Assembly (NCBI GenBank): GCA_964187785.1 | Contig: OZ076409.1 | Span: forward strand, 31,002,001 to 31,066,000 | Source of the DNA: Amphiscolops sp. MND2022 | Taxonomy: Eukaryota | Length of the DNA stretch: 64,000 bases | Direction of reading: 5' to 3' | In this document: piece by piece, positions 13,001 to 21,943 of the stretch | How positions within the stretch are numbered: the first letter of the stretch is position 1 | Layout of the letters: each line of letters begins with the position of its first letter | Notes under the pieces: model-generated | The model's database searches: none | Told to the model about the DNA's origin: nothing | What the model saw: only the letters and a program-made list of their open reading frames with translations | Program-made: the position numbers and the translations under genes

Positions 13001-14980
13001 CTCAGTGATGAAGATGAACCAACTCAATCTAATAATGTTCAATACCAAACAAAAGAACATACATTTGCTATACAATATCCAACTAAATCTGATTACTGTA
13101 AACAACAAGTTCCATTTTTTGACCCGTCCTTCTTCAAATACAAAAAATATTTTAATTATTTTTTTCTACCAGAAAATACACAAATAACCATTGAAACAAT
13201 AAAAACCCAACAAAACCAAGACACTGTTTTACAAAAAGTTTATCAATGGATTCTTAATAATGAAAGACCTTCACAAATAGATCCAACAATTGCAGCTAAT
13301 TCTTTCTTATTAGTATATTATAAAATTTTCAATCAATTATACATTAACCATGATACAAAAATTATCCACATAGACTACCCTAATCTTCACGATTCCAATC
13401 CAAATCAAAGAGACAAAATATGTCTACCATTTAAACTCTTTTACGCAGCTTTCAACAAACTTCACGCCCATGGACATTCAGGAATAAAAATATCCATCAA
13501 AGCTTTTAACCAATTTTATTTCATACCCTACTTGAATAAATGGATGTCAATATTCATTCATGATTGTATCGAATGTCAACAAAATAAACATATTAACCAA
13601 AAACTACAAACTGCATCAGTACAAACATTCTCAGAAAACGCTTCATACTTCAATTACAGAATATCAATGGATACAAAAGGACCTATAAATCCACCATCAA
13701 ACCAAAATTCATACATTCATGTTATAGTTGACGCTTTTAGCCACTTTGTAGTAACAGTACCAATAAAACAAAACAATGCTCAAAATGCTGTTAACTCATT
13801 ACTACATCATTGGATAACAAAATTCGGACCTCCTGTATATTTAGTTACCGACCGTGGAACAGAATATATCAACTCAGAATTTGCAAATCTTTGTACCACA
13901 ATGGGAATTAGACATTCACCAAGAACTCCTTATGCACCATGGACTAATGGTCTAGTTGAAAATCAAAACAGAAATCTTGGAACTCATCTTAGACTTTTTT
14001 TACATAATACTCCGGAAAACTGGTCTACTCAAGTTCACATGTATGCTTATGCACATAATTCACAACCACTTTCTGAAATCAACTTATCTCCATATGAAAT
14101 AGTATTTCATACTATGCCAAGAATTCCTATCAATTTTGAACTTAACCTTCACAGAGATACATATAGAAATTGTACTTCTCAATATTGTCAAGAATTACCA
14201 CTTCATACACACTATGATAAATCAGACTTAAACCCTTTCTTTCATAAAATTCTATCTAAACCAATACCACAATGGATCTTAGCTACTGAAACTGCTATGA
14301 TACAAATATACCATACAGTATATGAAAACATAAAAAGAAAAATAAATTCCTACGCTTATTTTAACAAAACATACCACAATCCGAGACCTTTGGATATTGG
14401 TACATTTGTACTAAAAAGAAATTTCCTCCATGTTCATTTTTCAGACAAATTAAAACCTCTTCGAATTGGACCATTCAAAATTATTAATAAAATTTCCGAC
14501 ATAACATATGAAATTGTTAGCCAAGATGGGTATACATCTCACATACATAGAAATCATTTAATTCCTTATTACCCAAAGGAACCAACTATTTTCCCCTTCT
14601 TACAACAGTATAATCCACAGTTATTCAATGATAGACATTCAAATGTAAACAATCAAACAACTAATTCCGATGAAAATCAATCTAGCGACGAAGATCAATT
14701 TTATTCCACAACATCTAATAAAAAAACGGATATACCATCCACAATTAACTTCCAATCAGAACCATTCAGTCATTATTCTTCATTTCCGTACCAACAAAAA
14801 GAACAAATCCCTCAAAATATCAGCTTAGATAACCAATCAGATATTCATGACTATGACAATTTTATTAATCCTCGAAGACACTCCTCTAATAGATACAATT
14901 TCCGCCCACAACCAAGAAAAGATTATCGACTCTTTCTTGGTGAAAAGGATATAAATTCACTTTCTCAAAATTCCTGCTGA
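7019..14980 (+). CDS. gag-pol: Gag-Pol polyprotein, single frame, 2653 aa
   Basis: Capsid-like region from PIKPFDG (~8770); CCHC knuckle CSYCHKNNHSISNC (9476-9517); RS-rich tract; protease LLDTGAS (~10232); RT YIDD (11846-11857); RNase H DAS...RELLA...TDHKPL...ADMLSR; integrase H-H-C-C, D (SMDTKG), D (TDRG), E (GLVE); GPF motif. Confidence 0.97.
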   Translation: MSLVTTFLPFQTPLIKNAKVVKLELNPFLQNIISHYTQPLPFENEPHTLETIPLIREHLDTYLFYIRYKVLTITTEYPTFQISFPQQGPNSSHIYRRTINPINLQVPINQVFHAFLNNVKDHNLTNDTPRFSPNALEDLERYINNFDVEIIERIVNPEDNPHHWLQADILRIQNFIYHYFKDLTLNDQTISQIKVISLFLRKYFRFNYQLLWSQQDQSAFTEFPDHFTADECLPFIINKQNENPYFHKPQSIAKQTLDYIRFDPLLITENITFPDNRPFSYEQSSQVQQHLHSNINNLTENDNTPQQQHQNEHENYNENEFPTQESTISTHNPSQTGTSSVHTQSFRAPTRIVDQRRNTRTPQSSLDASPNRNITFFIPNPDETHETHDETHDTIQDDVLTTSIAQNTSVNVASPTRTILDPTRYITQSRYDPPSVPSIFRSNRSVSSNINYNENPQTSNQHYDPFNYNFYPSFNATTNTNINQNHTTTTQNIHAQNQGTSHPSTSYAHVTQAHQRRLQNPPLTRIPTDPLYQMHSNPNPNPNPLPQNTIQHVPPQHAQQLATPIQYLPMPQDTFINMSASIPEPIKPFDGLDHSYTPEEYLQQVEARLTFAIGEEPQNNPIKYKYWHNRRMAYIQCSLTGTALDWYTNLHISYKQQWNSFVQLFKKQFSSQKTAYYAQVEAMSLMKKDNETVRHFALRVQQLVKKGWCNENTATINLKNNEIFTKGLPKKLKDFAHKRQVKHVSTLLEPSIPFHTLVRHVDSEDIANEKIRTNDLALEINKVSLEDDNSKKEFENEDHIMVTQSGDPNNKSKPAYRKYCSYCHKNNHSISNCYQKQRDDEYHKHNNQRSRTPQQSFVQYFRSKPNNPQENQNKNTNIYSSDNDRNKYNQNYFNDRYRDNDRYRSNSRETLQNNYRSNSRQRYYNRSRSPYRSRFDNYYQRRTPSRSPYRTPYRNNSNYRYNSRSRYRSRSQSQENSFKRYNHPYRSPSRPRDFRSRSRTPSRNRQQNRINQVDVKTTKDNDSTKFEIHTCQTSEIANTITPYSWFYPLYVHASETNDSILPTKLEILFLLDTGASISVLNLPTFYVISKQLNINVPTNLQNQRAKTLTVANQTEVPIIHYISITCFTEVNHQTRSFNIDFAVANIKYNILGTPFFKNHIQNIDFQQNVMTYKEQHSTLPIKTTFSTFTEKDYPYISYIYTIKCKEPIHFKPRSGKTIYFPIKNYSHLHFELEDNTKFYPTNPYTYFLQKFKNIFHFLDMMTNDKSKDSCATIIQNFTSQPATLPRGIIGYIEIPITQTTPSHYRVHDVNSLIHSVIHAYHPDITTPIKPNPYTDMNLCTRVTPQSLLEINKIEIKDKTLQLPIPSVIGNLQPSDKIRKDFPPLPYSTENQQFIKKFNFEYSDLTDTEYVNLCNILINNQHCYAKHKNDVGKISTPFRIRIKDNCKLHTQRPSKVPIHYRDRLNKLLQELEKYNIIKQIGSKTDEKHTIGTTFLNPLIIIPKGDSIKVVLDARHLNSNTNQELESWPIEPLAPQLARANKKYKSTIDLMYAYAHTPLDEETIKLTGFSSGDKLYAFIRGFYGLKGLPNFFTKQMSTFFRSLIDKRSALVYIDDILLLANEKQEMFELIKELHIIASRENLKLAPEKSFYMLLKVKFLGHEIGNNTIKPIPSKIEAIKRIPSPKEKKDVMQFLGSVNFYSKFIEKLHINLKPLYTLLHDDVKFQWTPELEAIFQNVKNAMTADTELTIPNTTNPFFITVDASLVGLGAVLFQMNEENKMKVISYNSRILNTQEQKLSTLDRELLAIVYALQIYEFLIIGSPHPIYLFTDHKPLLHCFAKKGNLSPRFYRAQMQLTKFSKLKIIHTPGKNLTVADMLSRTFTKEQLQVHQLRHKQLPPQIEFSILKDNQIKPVHYLVKHEEIKYNQKNDCHPILADYGDDQFSIRINNKGEDIHIKPLDSFSFQSIVPFESKYKRPTKNQAKSLLQQSTILNDTDILSDEDEPTQSNNVQYQTKEHTFAIQYPTKSDYCKQQVPFFDPSFFKYKKYFNYFFLPENTQITIETIKTQQNQDTVLQKVYQWILNNERPSQIDPTIAANSFLLVYYKIFNQLYINHDTKIIHIDYPNLHDSNPNQRDKICLPFKLFYAAFNKLHAHGHSGIKISIKAFNQFYFIPYLNKWMSIFIHDCIECQQNKHINQKLQTASVQTFSENASYFNYRISMDTKGPINPPSNQNSYIHVIVDAFSHFVVTVPIKQNNAQNAVNSLLHHWITKFGPPVYLVTDRGTEYINSEFANLCTTMGIRHSPRTPYAPWTNGLVENQNRNLGTHLRLFLHNTPENWSTQVHMYAYAHNSQPLSEINLSPYEIVFHTMPRIPINFELNLHRDTYRNCTSQYCQELPLHTHYDKSDLNPFFHKILSKPIPQWILATETAMIQIYHTVYENIKRKINSYAYFNKTYHNPRPLDIGTFVLKRNFLHVHFSDKLKPLRIGPFKIINKISDITYEIVSQDGYTSHIHRNHLIPYYPKEPTIFPFLQQYNPQLFNDRHSNVNNQTTNSDENQSSDEDQFYSTTSNKKTDIPSTINFQSEPFSHYSSFPYQQKEQIPQNISLDNQSDIHDYDNFINPRRHSSNRYNFRPQPRKDYRLFLGEKDINSLSQNSC

Positions 14981-15100
14981 AATACGGAATACAGGAAAAA
15001 TACATAGAAAATTTTTTGGAAGAGAAAGCTTGAAGATTAATGTGGAATTGAATGAAAAGTATTTCACAAGTGATAATACACGGAAGAAATTTGAAAATAA

Positions 15101-16573
15101 ACTTTTATAATTAAACCAAACTACCATAACAAAAATTTCAAGATTGATAGACATATTCACTCACCATCATCAACTACAAATAACTCATCTTCTAGTTCAA
15201 CACATTCACTCCAAAGATTACCTGAATATACAGCATATTTAGATACAGATACAGACATACTGGATTCCTCATCCTCAAATCCTAGCCCATCTGCTCCATA
15301 TACTCCTGATAGAGCACCAACAACACCCACCAATACACCTATAACTCCAACTCAATCACAACCTATCTCAAGAAATCAAACATTTGAAGAAACAAATTCA
15401 CCAGCTTCTACCTATAGTGATGAATCACTTACAACACCAAATACACAAGATACCTCAAATATCTTAAATAGACCTCCTCTTCCACCAATTACTACTACTC
15501 GTTCTGTTCATATTCCTGATCCAAGTTCAGTATTACAATACATAAATACTTGTCCACATAAAATACCTACAGCAACAAAAACAAAAAGAAAACCTCCTTT
15601 ACCTACATTAACACAAAACCCTAATTTACCATCATCAAGTAACACTCCAATAACATTTTTACCAGAACCTTCATTAAAAACACCAACAGAAAAACTACAA
15701 CAATACCCAACACCTTCACCGAGTGAACTAAGTTCATTCACATTTTCTCAATTATATCCTAAACTCGAATTGCAACGTGTAAATTCAACTACTTCTTCTT
15801 TAACAGATCTATACAATAAAGATAAAGATTCTGACTCCACTGCTAGTACTAGAGTACCGAGACATAGTTATAATCTTCGATCTCAACAACAGAGAAACTC
15901 TCAAGAATTACAATCTTTAACAAGTTCAAATACAAACTCCAGACTACTTAGACAACACGCTCAACCTAGACTGGACACTTCTTCTCTTTCCTCATCTCAA
16001 CCTACTATACCATCTTCCTTGTCACTACCATTTCAAATCACATCAGGATTTGAAACAGCTTCTCTTATATCTGAAGACCCAGCAACTATATCAGATACCG
16101 CAGCCAATTTCTCACGAGTTTATTCACCCAGTTCAATTGCATCAAACTCTTCTATTCAATTACTTGAATATTTTCTAGAAGATTTTTCAAGACCTCCAAC
16201 ACCAAACCCTGACGAATATCCCATTCGTGTTAACTCAAAAATTGTCCGTACGTTACACGAAGATCCTCGATATACAGTCTTACCTGTAAGATTTATAAAT
16301 AACAGCTCACTCTCAACTCAAAGAAAACAAAGAGAATTAAGAAGATTACAAGAACAACAACTCACATTAAAATTTGAAGTAGAAGTAACTTTCAACTCTT
16401 TAGGACCTCATCCGTTTTCCCTTTCAACAAGAGTAGCACACAAAACAACTCCATCACCATTCATAGTAACTTCCATTTCTTATCTTTGTGACGCAGACCT
16501 ACCCGAAATTAGAACGGGACATATAAACTTTTTTAATCCTTACTCCGGACTTAATTATAGAACAATATTTTAA
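15101..16573 (+). CDS. AUG-free 490-codon ORF (S/T/P-rich N-part, structured-looking C-part), putative accessory/matrix-like protein
   Basis: Manual translation shows the frame of the track's 15770-16573 ORF is open back to the TAA at 15098-15100. No Met anywhere. Contains PSAP and LYPKL. Confidence 0.7.
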   Translation, partial: TFIIKPNYHNKNFKIDRHIHSPSSTTNNSSSSSTHSLQRLPEYTAYLDTDTDILDSSSSNPSPSAPYTPDRAPTTPTNTPITPTQSQPISRNQTFEETNSPASTYSDESLTTPNTQDTSNILNRPPLPPITTTRSVHIPDPSSVLQYINTCPHKIPTATKTKRKPPLPTLTQNPNLPSSSNTPITFLPEPSLKTPTEKLQQYPTPSPSELSSFTFSQLYPKLELQRVNSTTSSLTDLYNKDKDSDSTASTRVPRHSYNLRSQQQRNSQELQSLTSSNTNSRLLRQHAQPRLDTSSLSSSQPTIPSSLSLPFQITSGFETASLISEDPATISDTAANFSRVYSPSSIASNSSIQLLEYFLEDFSRPPTPNPDEYPIRVNSKIVRTLHEDPRYTVLPVRFINNSSLSTQRKQRELRRLQEQQLTLKFEVEVTFNSLGPHPFSLSTRVAHKTTPSPFIVTSISYLCDADLPEIRTGHINFFNPYSGLNYRTIF

Positions 16574-16602
16574 CTATAGAAATATTAACTGGTACTTTAA
16601 CA

Positions 16603-19173
16603 ATGAACCAAATCATCTTTCCCTTTTATTTACTGAGTATAATACAAGCTATCAAATACACATATATAATTCATACAGTTCTCTCCTTAGTTTATTCTTC
16701 AAATGTTCCTAAAGTTGACACAACAAATCCTGAAAACCATATCTCAGATCAAGATCCTAACATTTTAAACTTAATGGTATCCCATTATGATTGTGCAAAA
16801 CAAAATAATTTAAGACAGTTTAGTTTACTAAATGTTGAACCATGTAAACAAGCACCCTCAGATATACAACACGCAAAAACCCAAGCAACAGTTTATGTTA
16901 GAGCAAAAGCCAAAAGAATAAAAGCTTTTAAATGTGAAGCATACATAAAGACTGAAAAAGTCTGGTGTTCACAAACATTTACATCTAGTAGACGATATGA
17001 TCGTTTACAATGGGGACAAAACACATTAGAACTTCCAAAAATATTGGACCCTATTGAATGCAAAAATATGATAAGATATTTAAACGCGACTGATAGCGAA
17101 GAATTAAACAATTACAATATACAAAGCTCTTTCTCATTATTCGGCGATAGTAACTATCAAAACACAATTGAACGAATCCAAACACCATTTAGAGTAACAA
17201 AATTAAATACATGGCATATTGGAACCTTCGTATTTGATGAAAATTATCCCGACTGGATAGTTAATGTTACACAAAACACATACTCTAGATGTCGATCAGA
17301 CCGAGAACATTTAATTACCCGACAAAGTTGGAAACTTAGAATTGTTAATACTGCAATAGACTATGACGACAAAAACAATCAATTAATACATGATGGACAT
17401 ATATTACCATGCTACCATTCAGATGGATTTTGTAAACCAACAACTAAAACTCCTTATACATTAACATGGTTTGATGAAAAATTTTGTCTCATATTTCAAC
17501 TTCAAGAATTTATTGGTAGAATGACACGAATCAAAGATCGATATTGGATAGAAACCGATACCTTTATTGAAACTTCAAATATCACACAAAAACTCCAAAC
17601 CGAAGGAATACAAGGGACACGATATCCCAATGTGAAAACACCACAATCGAAAATAAGCAATCCAAGTCTTTCTCGATTTGAAATATACCCAATTGCACAA
17701 ACCTTTTGTGGAAAACCTGAGCCATTATTCTCAACACAATATGATGATATTTTTGTTACATATTTAGATGGTTTTGATATGAACACAGGATTACCCAAAC
17801 CACACTCAATAATCGATCAAACAATTAGTGGAAACATAAAATATGATAACTCAAATAAAAAGTATATATTCCCCGCATTGAATATATCAAACAATTTCGC
17901 CACTTTAGATTATGATGCCCACATAAATACAAAAATTGATTTTACAATAAATCATGTATTCAAATCCATGACAGTACAAGAACTAAACACTCTTCATACT
18001 ATATGTGAACTAGAAAGAACTCAATTGTTAACAATCTTAGCTATGTCAGTTAAAAACCCTCAATTAGCCGGTTTTCTTTTAACTGGAAATCGTAGTAACT
18101 TTCTTTACGTTGAAGGATCTACAGCATGGCTGTATGATTGCCCTCATTTTATATCCCCACTATACAAGGCAGATAAATGCTTTGATAGAATTCCCATACA
18201 CTATAGAGAAACAATAATGTATGTTGATCCTATAACAAGACAAACTTTTAACTATGCCACACCAATTGAATGTGGAAATAATCCACAAAATATAATCGAA
18301 TTGGACCCAGACTCAAATGACGGAGATTTTTATGTGTTAACACCAGAACCACTTAAACGAGAAGCTCCACAAATGTTTAAACCTACCCAAATTAAAACAA
18401 CAATTACTCCTAATACATTCACCGCCCAAGATGCTGGTATATACTCAAATGCAGAATTAGATCAATTCTGGAACAGAGTATTATTTGCTAAACATTCAGA
18501 CACAACCCTTCAATTACTTGGAAAATCATTGAGCTATGATTTTATTTCAGTACATAATGATAAACATTCATACTCAGGACATAATCCTTATAATCATTTA
18601 AGGATTGGAGTACACGACCACTTGTTAAATCTTTTACCACTTTTTAACCCCGACTGGTTTAGTCAAGCATTCATTAATTTCTTTGGATATCCATGCTATG
18701 TTTTAACACAATGTGGAATTTATTTTTCAACATTTCTTTTCATTAGAGAAATTTTAACATTCTTACTCAAATTTTATAGAACAATTAGTATAAAATATAA
18801 TCTCCAAAGCAACATTTCCATTTTGAGTTCAATAGCCCATGGATTTTTTAATATAGTTACATCGGAAATGGTTACCGATTTAAACAATACAGGAAAACGA
18901 AAACGGATATATACTAAACATAAAATCACAACAAGTGAAAATGATAATATCCTATTGCCGGAAAAAGATGTAAAAAGAAAATACTCTGATAATGACTCCC
19001 CTTATTTACCTCCTAAATATTCCAGTAAGAATTCAACATTTCAATCACCGCAAAAGACACACCCAACTACTATCAACGATATTAATTCTCAGGACTATGA
19101 CCCAGTATTGCCGAATATAATAACTATACCGGAAAGCCCTGCTAAAGTCTTCATAAAATTTAACCCCACCTAG
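16603..19173 (+). CDS. env: Envelope glycoprotein, class III fusogen-like (herpes gB / chuvirus G type), 856 aa
   Basis: Hydrophobic N-terminus, many Cys and N-x-S/T sequons, pattern ICELER...NPQLAG...G...WLYDC...CFDRIPI...YVDPITR...PIEC, C-terminal hydrophobic TM region and cytoplasmic tail. Located downstream of pol. Confidence 0.8.
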   Translation: MNQIIFPFYLLSIIQAIKYTYIIHTVLSLVYSSNVPKVDTTNPENHISDQDPNILNLMVSHYDCAKQNNLRQFSLLNVEPCKQAPSDIQHAKTQATVYVRAKAKRIKAFKCEAYIKTEKVWCSQTFTSSRRYDRLQWGQNTLELPKILDPIECKNMIRYLNATDSEELNNYNIQSSFSLFGDSNYQNTIERIQTPFRVTKLNTWHIGTFVFDENYPDWIVNVTQNTYSRCRSDREHLITRQSWKLRIVNTAIDYDDKNNQLIHDGHILPCYHSDGFCKPTTKTPYTLTWFDEKFCLIFQLQEFIGRMTRIKDRYWIETDTFIETSNITQKLQTEGIQGTRYPNVKTPQSKISNPSLSRFEIYPIAQTFCGKPEPLFSTQYDDIFVTYLDGFDMNTGLPKPHSIIDQTISGNIKYDNSNKKYIFPALNISNNFATLDYDAHINTKIDFTINHVFKSMTVQELNTLHTICELERTQLLTILAMSVKNPQLAGFLLTGNRSNFLYVEGSTAWLYDCPHFISPLYKADKCFDRIPIHYRETIMYVDPITRQTFNYATPIECGNNPQNIIELDPDSNDGDFYVLTPEPLKREAPQMFKPTQIKTTITPNTFTAQDAGIYSNAELDQFWNRVLFAKHSDTTLQLLGKSLSYDFISVHNDKHSYSGHNPYNHLRIGVHDHLLNLLPLFNPDWFSQAFINFFGYPCYVLTQCGIYFSTFLFIREILTFLLKFYRTISIKYNLQSNISILSSIAHGFFNIVTSEMVTDLNNTGKRKRIYTKHKITTSENDNILLPEKDVKRKYSDNDSPYLPPKYSSKNSTFQSPQKTHPTTINDINSQDYDPVLPNIITIPESPAKVFIKFNPT

Positions 19174-19624
19174 CAAAAAGAACTAACTTAATAAACAAAT
19201 TAACCTCTGAAAAAGTTCAGAATATTATTAATAAAATTCTTCTCAGCTTAACTTTCATTCAAACCCAAATTCTCACCCGGACCAGTTCTTCCTTTTTAAC
19301 TGAAAGAAATTTCACTCTATCACAACTCAGCCCTCATCTTCTATCACAACTCAGCCTTCAACCAGAAGACTTCAATTGGATTTCCACTCCATCTAGAAGA
19401 CCAAAACAACAGAAGTTTCTATTCCGGGAATAGATACCACTGTGATTGTTGATGTTTTCAACCAACCATTGATTCAATATTCCATAGTGTAAGTACAATT
19501 TAAACTTAAATTTTAACAAATTAATGGATAAAAAGGATATAACACTAATTTTGTCTAGTACCAGACCTAGTATCATTAGAAATTATAATTATTTTAGCTC
19601 TACAAAAACACGCAAGTCTAAATA

Positions 19625-20932
19625 ATGGAATCCTCGCCTGAAATTGATGTAGTAAATTCTACTCCCTCTGAATTGCTTGCACCCCCTTTGAATATAACTA
19701 TTCAACAAAATGTCAACAAAGAAAATAATTCTTCTTTTAACTCTCAAGATCCCATAGAAACTATTCCTGTTGAACAAATAGATTATGTTAACGCAAGATC
19801 TCAAAAGAGAAAATACCCAGATATAACTGCAGATAAACCTTTTATGGAATCTGGCGCTTGTCCTCCATTCATAAAACCAATGAAACAGGATGAAGATAGA
19901 GATTGTGAATTAGTTCCTATTCTCTCATCAAAACAATTCACCTTTCAATCTCATTTAACTTCATTATATATGATTCCAACAAAATACAAATTCATCATTC
20001 GAGAATTTCGAAATGATTATCATACATCAATTGCTTCAAAATTGATAACCCCATATGATTGGTGGTTAAATAATAAAGTGAAAATTTTCTCATTACAATA
20101 CAACTTCCTCAGACCATCGCCATACGATCTTCGAACCGAAGAAAATGATGCAAACTTCTTGCCATATCAAATTAAAAAGGCTCATCATATAACGTATCAA
20201 AAGTTTCTCCAATATAAAGAGCCCGATAATTACATATTCTTCAACTCCAAATACACCTCGCCATTCATTCTCAACTCAGAATATTTAATAGATCATACTA
20301 AAACCAAAGGAAAACTTAGAAATTATGATCCACTGAAACAAAGTTTCCTATTTCTTCCAAATGATAACCCAAAAAGACCAATCATTGTTCCGCAAGAATA
20401 CCTCATTTTGAACGACGATCCATTATTACAAGAAGATATTCCTCAACAGATACACGATCCTCTTCCTCCACTTCAACAAATAGCCTCTCAACCTTTGGGA
20501 GATTGTGAAAAATCTTATTTCTATGCAATGACCAAAAAGGGATATTCAAATAATGAATTAATTTTCATTATTTCTCACCTACTATCACTTCTTACAAATG
20601 GGAATTATAACGAAAAGATTCATAAAGAACATAAAAAATCAAAACAAGAATCACCAAAGAAGATAAAAAAGGATACTCCTCAACCACAACATTTTCGCCC
20701 AACAGAAGAATTGCAGAAATATACAGAAATTCTGAATATTATAAAACCTTATCACCATTCGAACCGAGATATTCTTACAACAATTGTCGAAATTGTAAAT
20801 GCCCTTGAACAAGCTCGAAGCATAATACAAAATATCGTATTTGATACGACCAGAATTAGCCAATCAGCTTTGTGTATTCGCACATCATTGGACGAATTCA
20901 ACTATACAATTGAAAAAATGCATCGATCTTAA
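19625..20932 (+). CDS. Accessory ORF of unknown function, 435 aa
   Basis: Uninterrupted ATG-TAA ORF inside the LTR element; predicted-looking helical C-terminus; no family recognised. Confidence 0.75.
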   Translation: MESSPEIDVVNSTPSELLAPPLNITIQQNVNKENNSSFNSQDPIETIPVEQIDYVNARSQKRKYPDITADKPFMESGACPPFIKPMKQDEDRDCELVPILSSKQFTFQSHLTSLYMIPTKYKFIIREFRNDYHTSIASKLITPYDWWLNNKVKIFSLQYNFLRPSPYDLRTEENDANFLPYQIKKAHHITYQKFLQYKEPDNYIFFNSKYTSPFILNSEYLIDHTKTKGKLRNYDPLKQSFLFLPNDNPKRPIIVPQEYLILNDDPLLQEDIPQQIHDPLPPLQQIASQPLGDCEKSYFYAMTKKGYSNNELIFIISHLLSLLTNGNYNEKIHKEHKKSKQESPKKIKKDTPQPQHFRPTEELQKYTEILNIIKPYHHSNRDILTTIVEIVNALEQARSIIQNIVFDTTRISQSALCIRTSLDEFNYTIEKMHRS

Positions 20933-21455
20933 CTGGTAATTATCGGATAATAACTTTAAGAGATAAGTGTTACCACTCTTAATCCCTTAACAACCTGTCA
21001 AAATTAATTGAGTCTACACGTATATGCATGTTATGCATGATTTAATATATGCTTGATGTTAAAATACACTTTAAATTTAAATAATAACTAAAATTTTCAA
21101 AAGCGACATAAAAAATTTTAACAAAATTTAGAATTTGCTCCTCCTTTTAATGGACCGATTTCAACAAATAAGTACACATATGAAAGATATTTAAATACCC
21201 TTCAAAAGACTTCCAAAATACAGCAACTTAATTCTTAAAATTAAAAAGTTATAACATCATAGATTACAACAAAAAAAATGTCAACTATGAAATTCAATTT
21301 TAAAGAGAAATTTAATGTAAACAAACTAATCTATTTTAGGTGAATATCGCAGAAACTGCTTCTTCAGCATTCCTTCTATCTTCGAACCTTCCATCCAAAG
21401 GGAACTTCATCAGCTATTCTCAAATTTCCAAAAGAATTCTTCATTTCATTTCAAA

Positions 21456-21932
21456 ATGACCACTATCCATACTGGCGAAACAGACTGCCCCATAGCTCCT
21501 TTGCTTTCCATTTCATCAGCTCGACTACGATCCTTAATCCTGAAAAAGCATTTAACAACATTAAATGCACAGCTAAAAACAGACAAAAAGGCAAATCCCC
21601 ATCTTACAAGGATGATATTGCTTAATATGTTCCAAATATTCCAGATAACAAAAATAAATTTCGACCAGTACCTCAATATTCACAGACATCCAGATACAAA
21701 TTCAACCCAACGAGACGCCGCTACCCAAACGGAACATACTACCATAAAACCCAAACGTTTTCTATGCAATCTGACAAATAGAATACGTTCTGAAATGGAA
21801 AAACAACATTTGAATTCCTATTGGCCTTCAGATGATAACGCCGATACGGATGAAGAACTTCAAAAAGACCCACCCGAAGCAGTTCTAGATGACAACAACC
21901 CATTCAAAACATATACTTACGTCTCTTTCTAG
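21456..21932 (+). CDS. Accessory ORF, 158 aa (frame open from 21330; possible spliced second exon)
   Basis: ATG-TAG ORF with an RDAATQT motif. Upstream CTAAT...TTTTAG acceptor-like signal at 21326-21339 lies at the start of the open frame. Confidence 0.55.
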   Translation: MTTIHTGETDCPIAPLLSISSARLRSLILKKHLTTLNAQLKTDKKANPHLTRMILLNMFQIFQITKINFDQYLNIHRHPDTNSTQRDAATQTEHTTIKPKRFLCNLTNRIRSEMEKQHLNSYWPSDDNADTDEELQKDPPEAVLDDNNPFKTYTYVSF

Positions 21933-21943
21933 CTTCAAATTGA

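Noticed and set aside
7860..13187. Overlapping alternative-frame ORFs within gag-pol (e.g. 9531-10049)
   Set aside because: Explained by biased codon usage and the RS repeat; translations are low-complexity Ile/Leu/Asp.
14978..15100. Stop-codon readthrough from pol into ORF2
   Set aside because: Several in-frame stops (e.g. 15071, 15074, 15092, 15098) lie between them.
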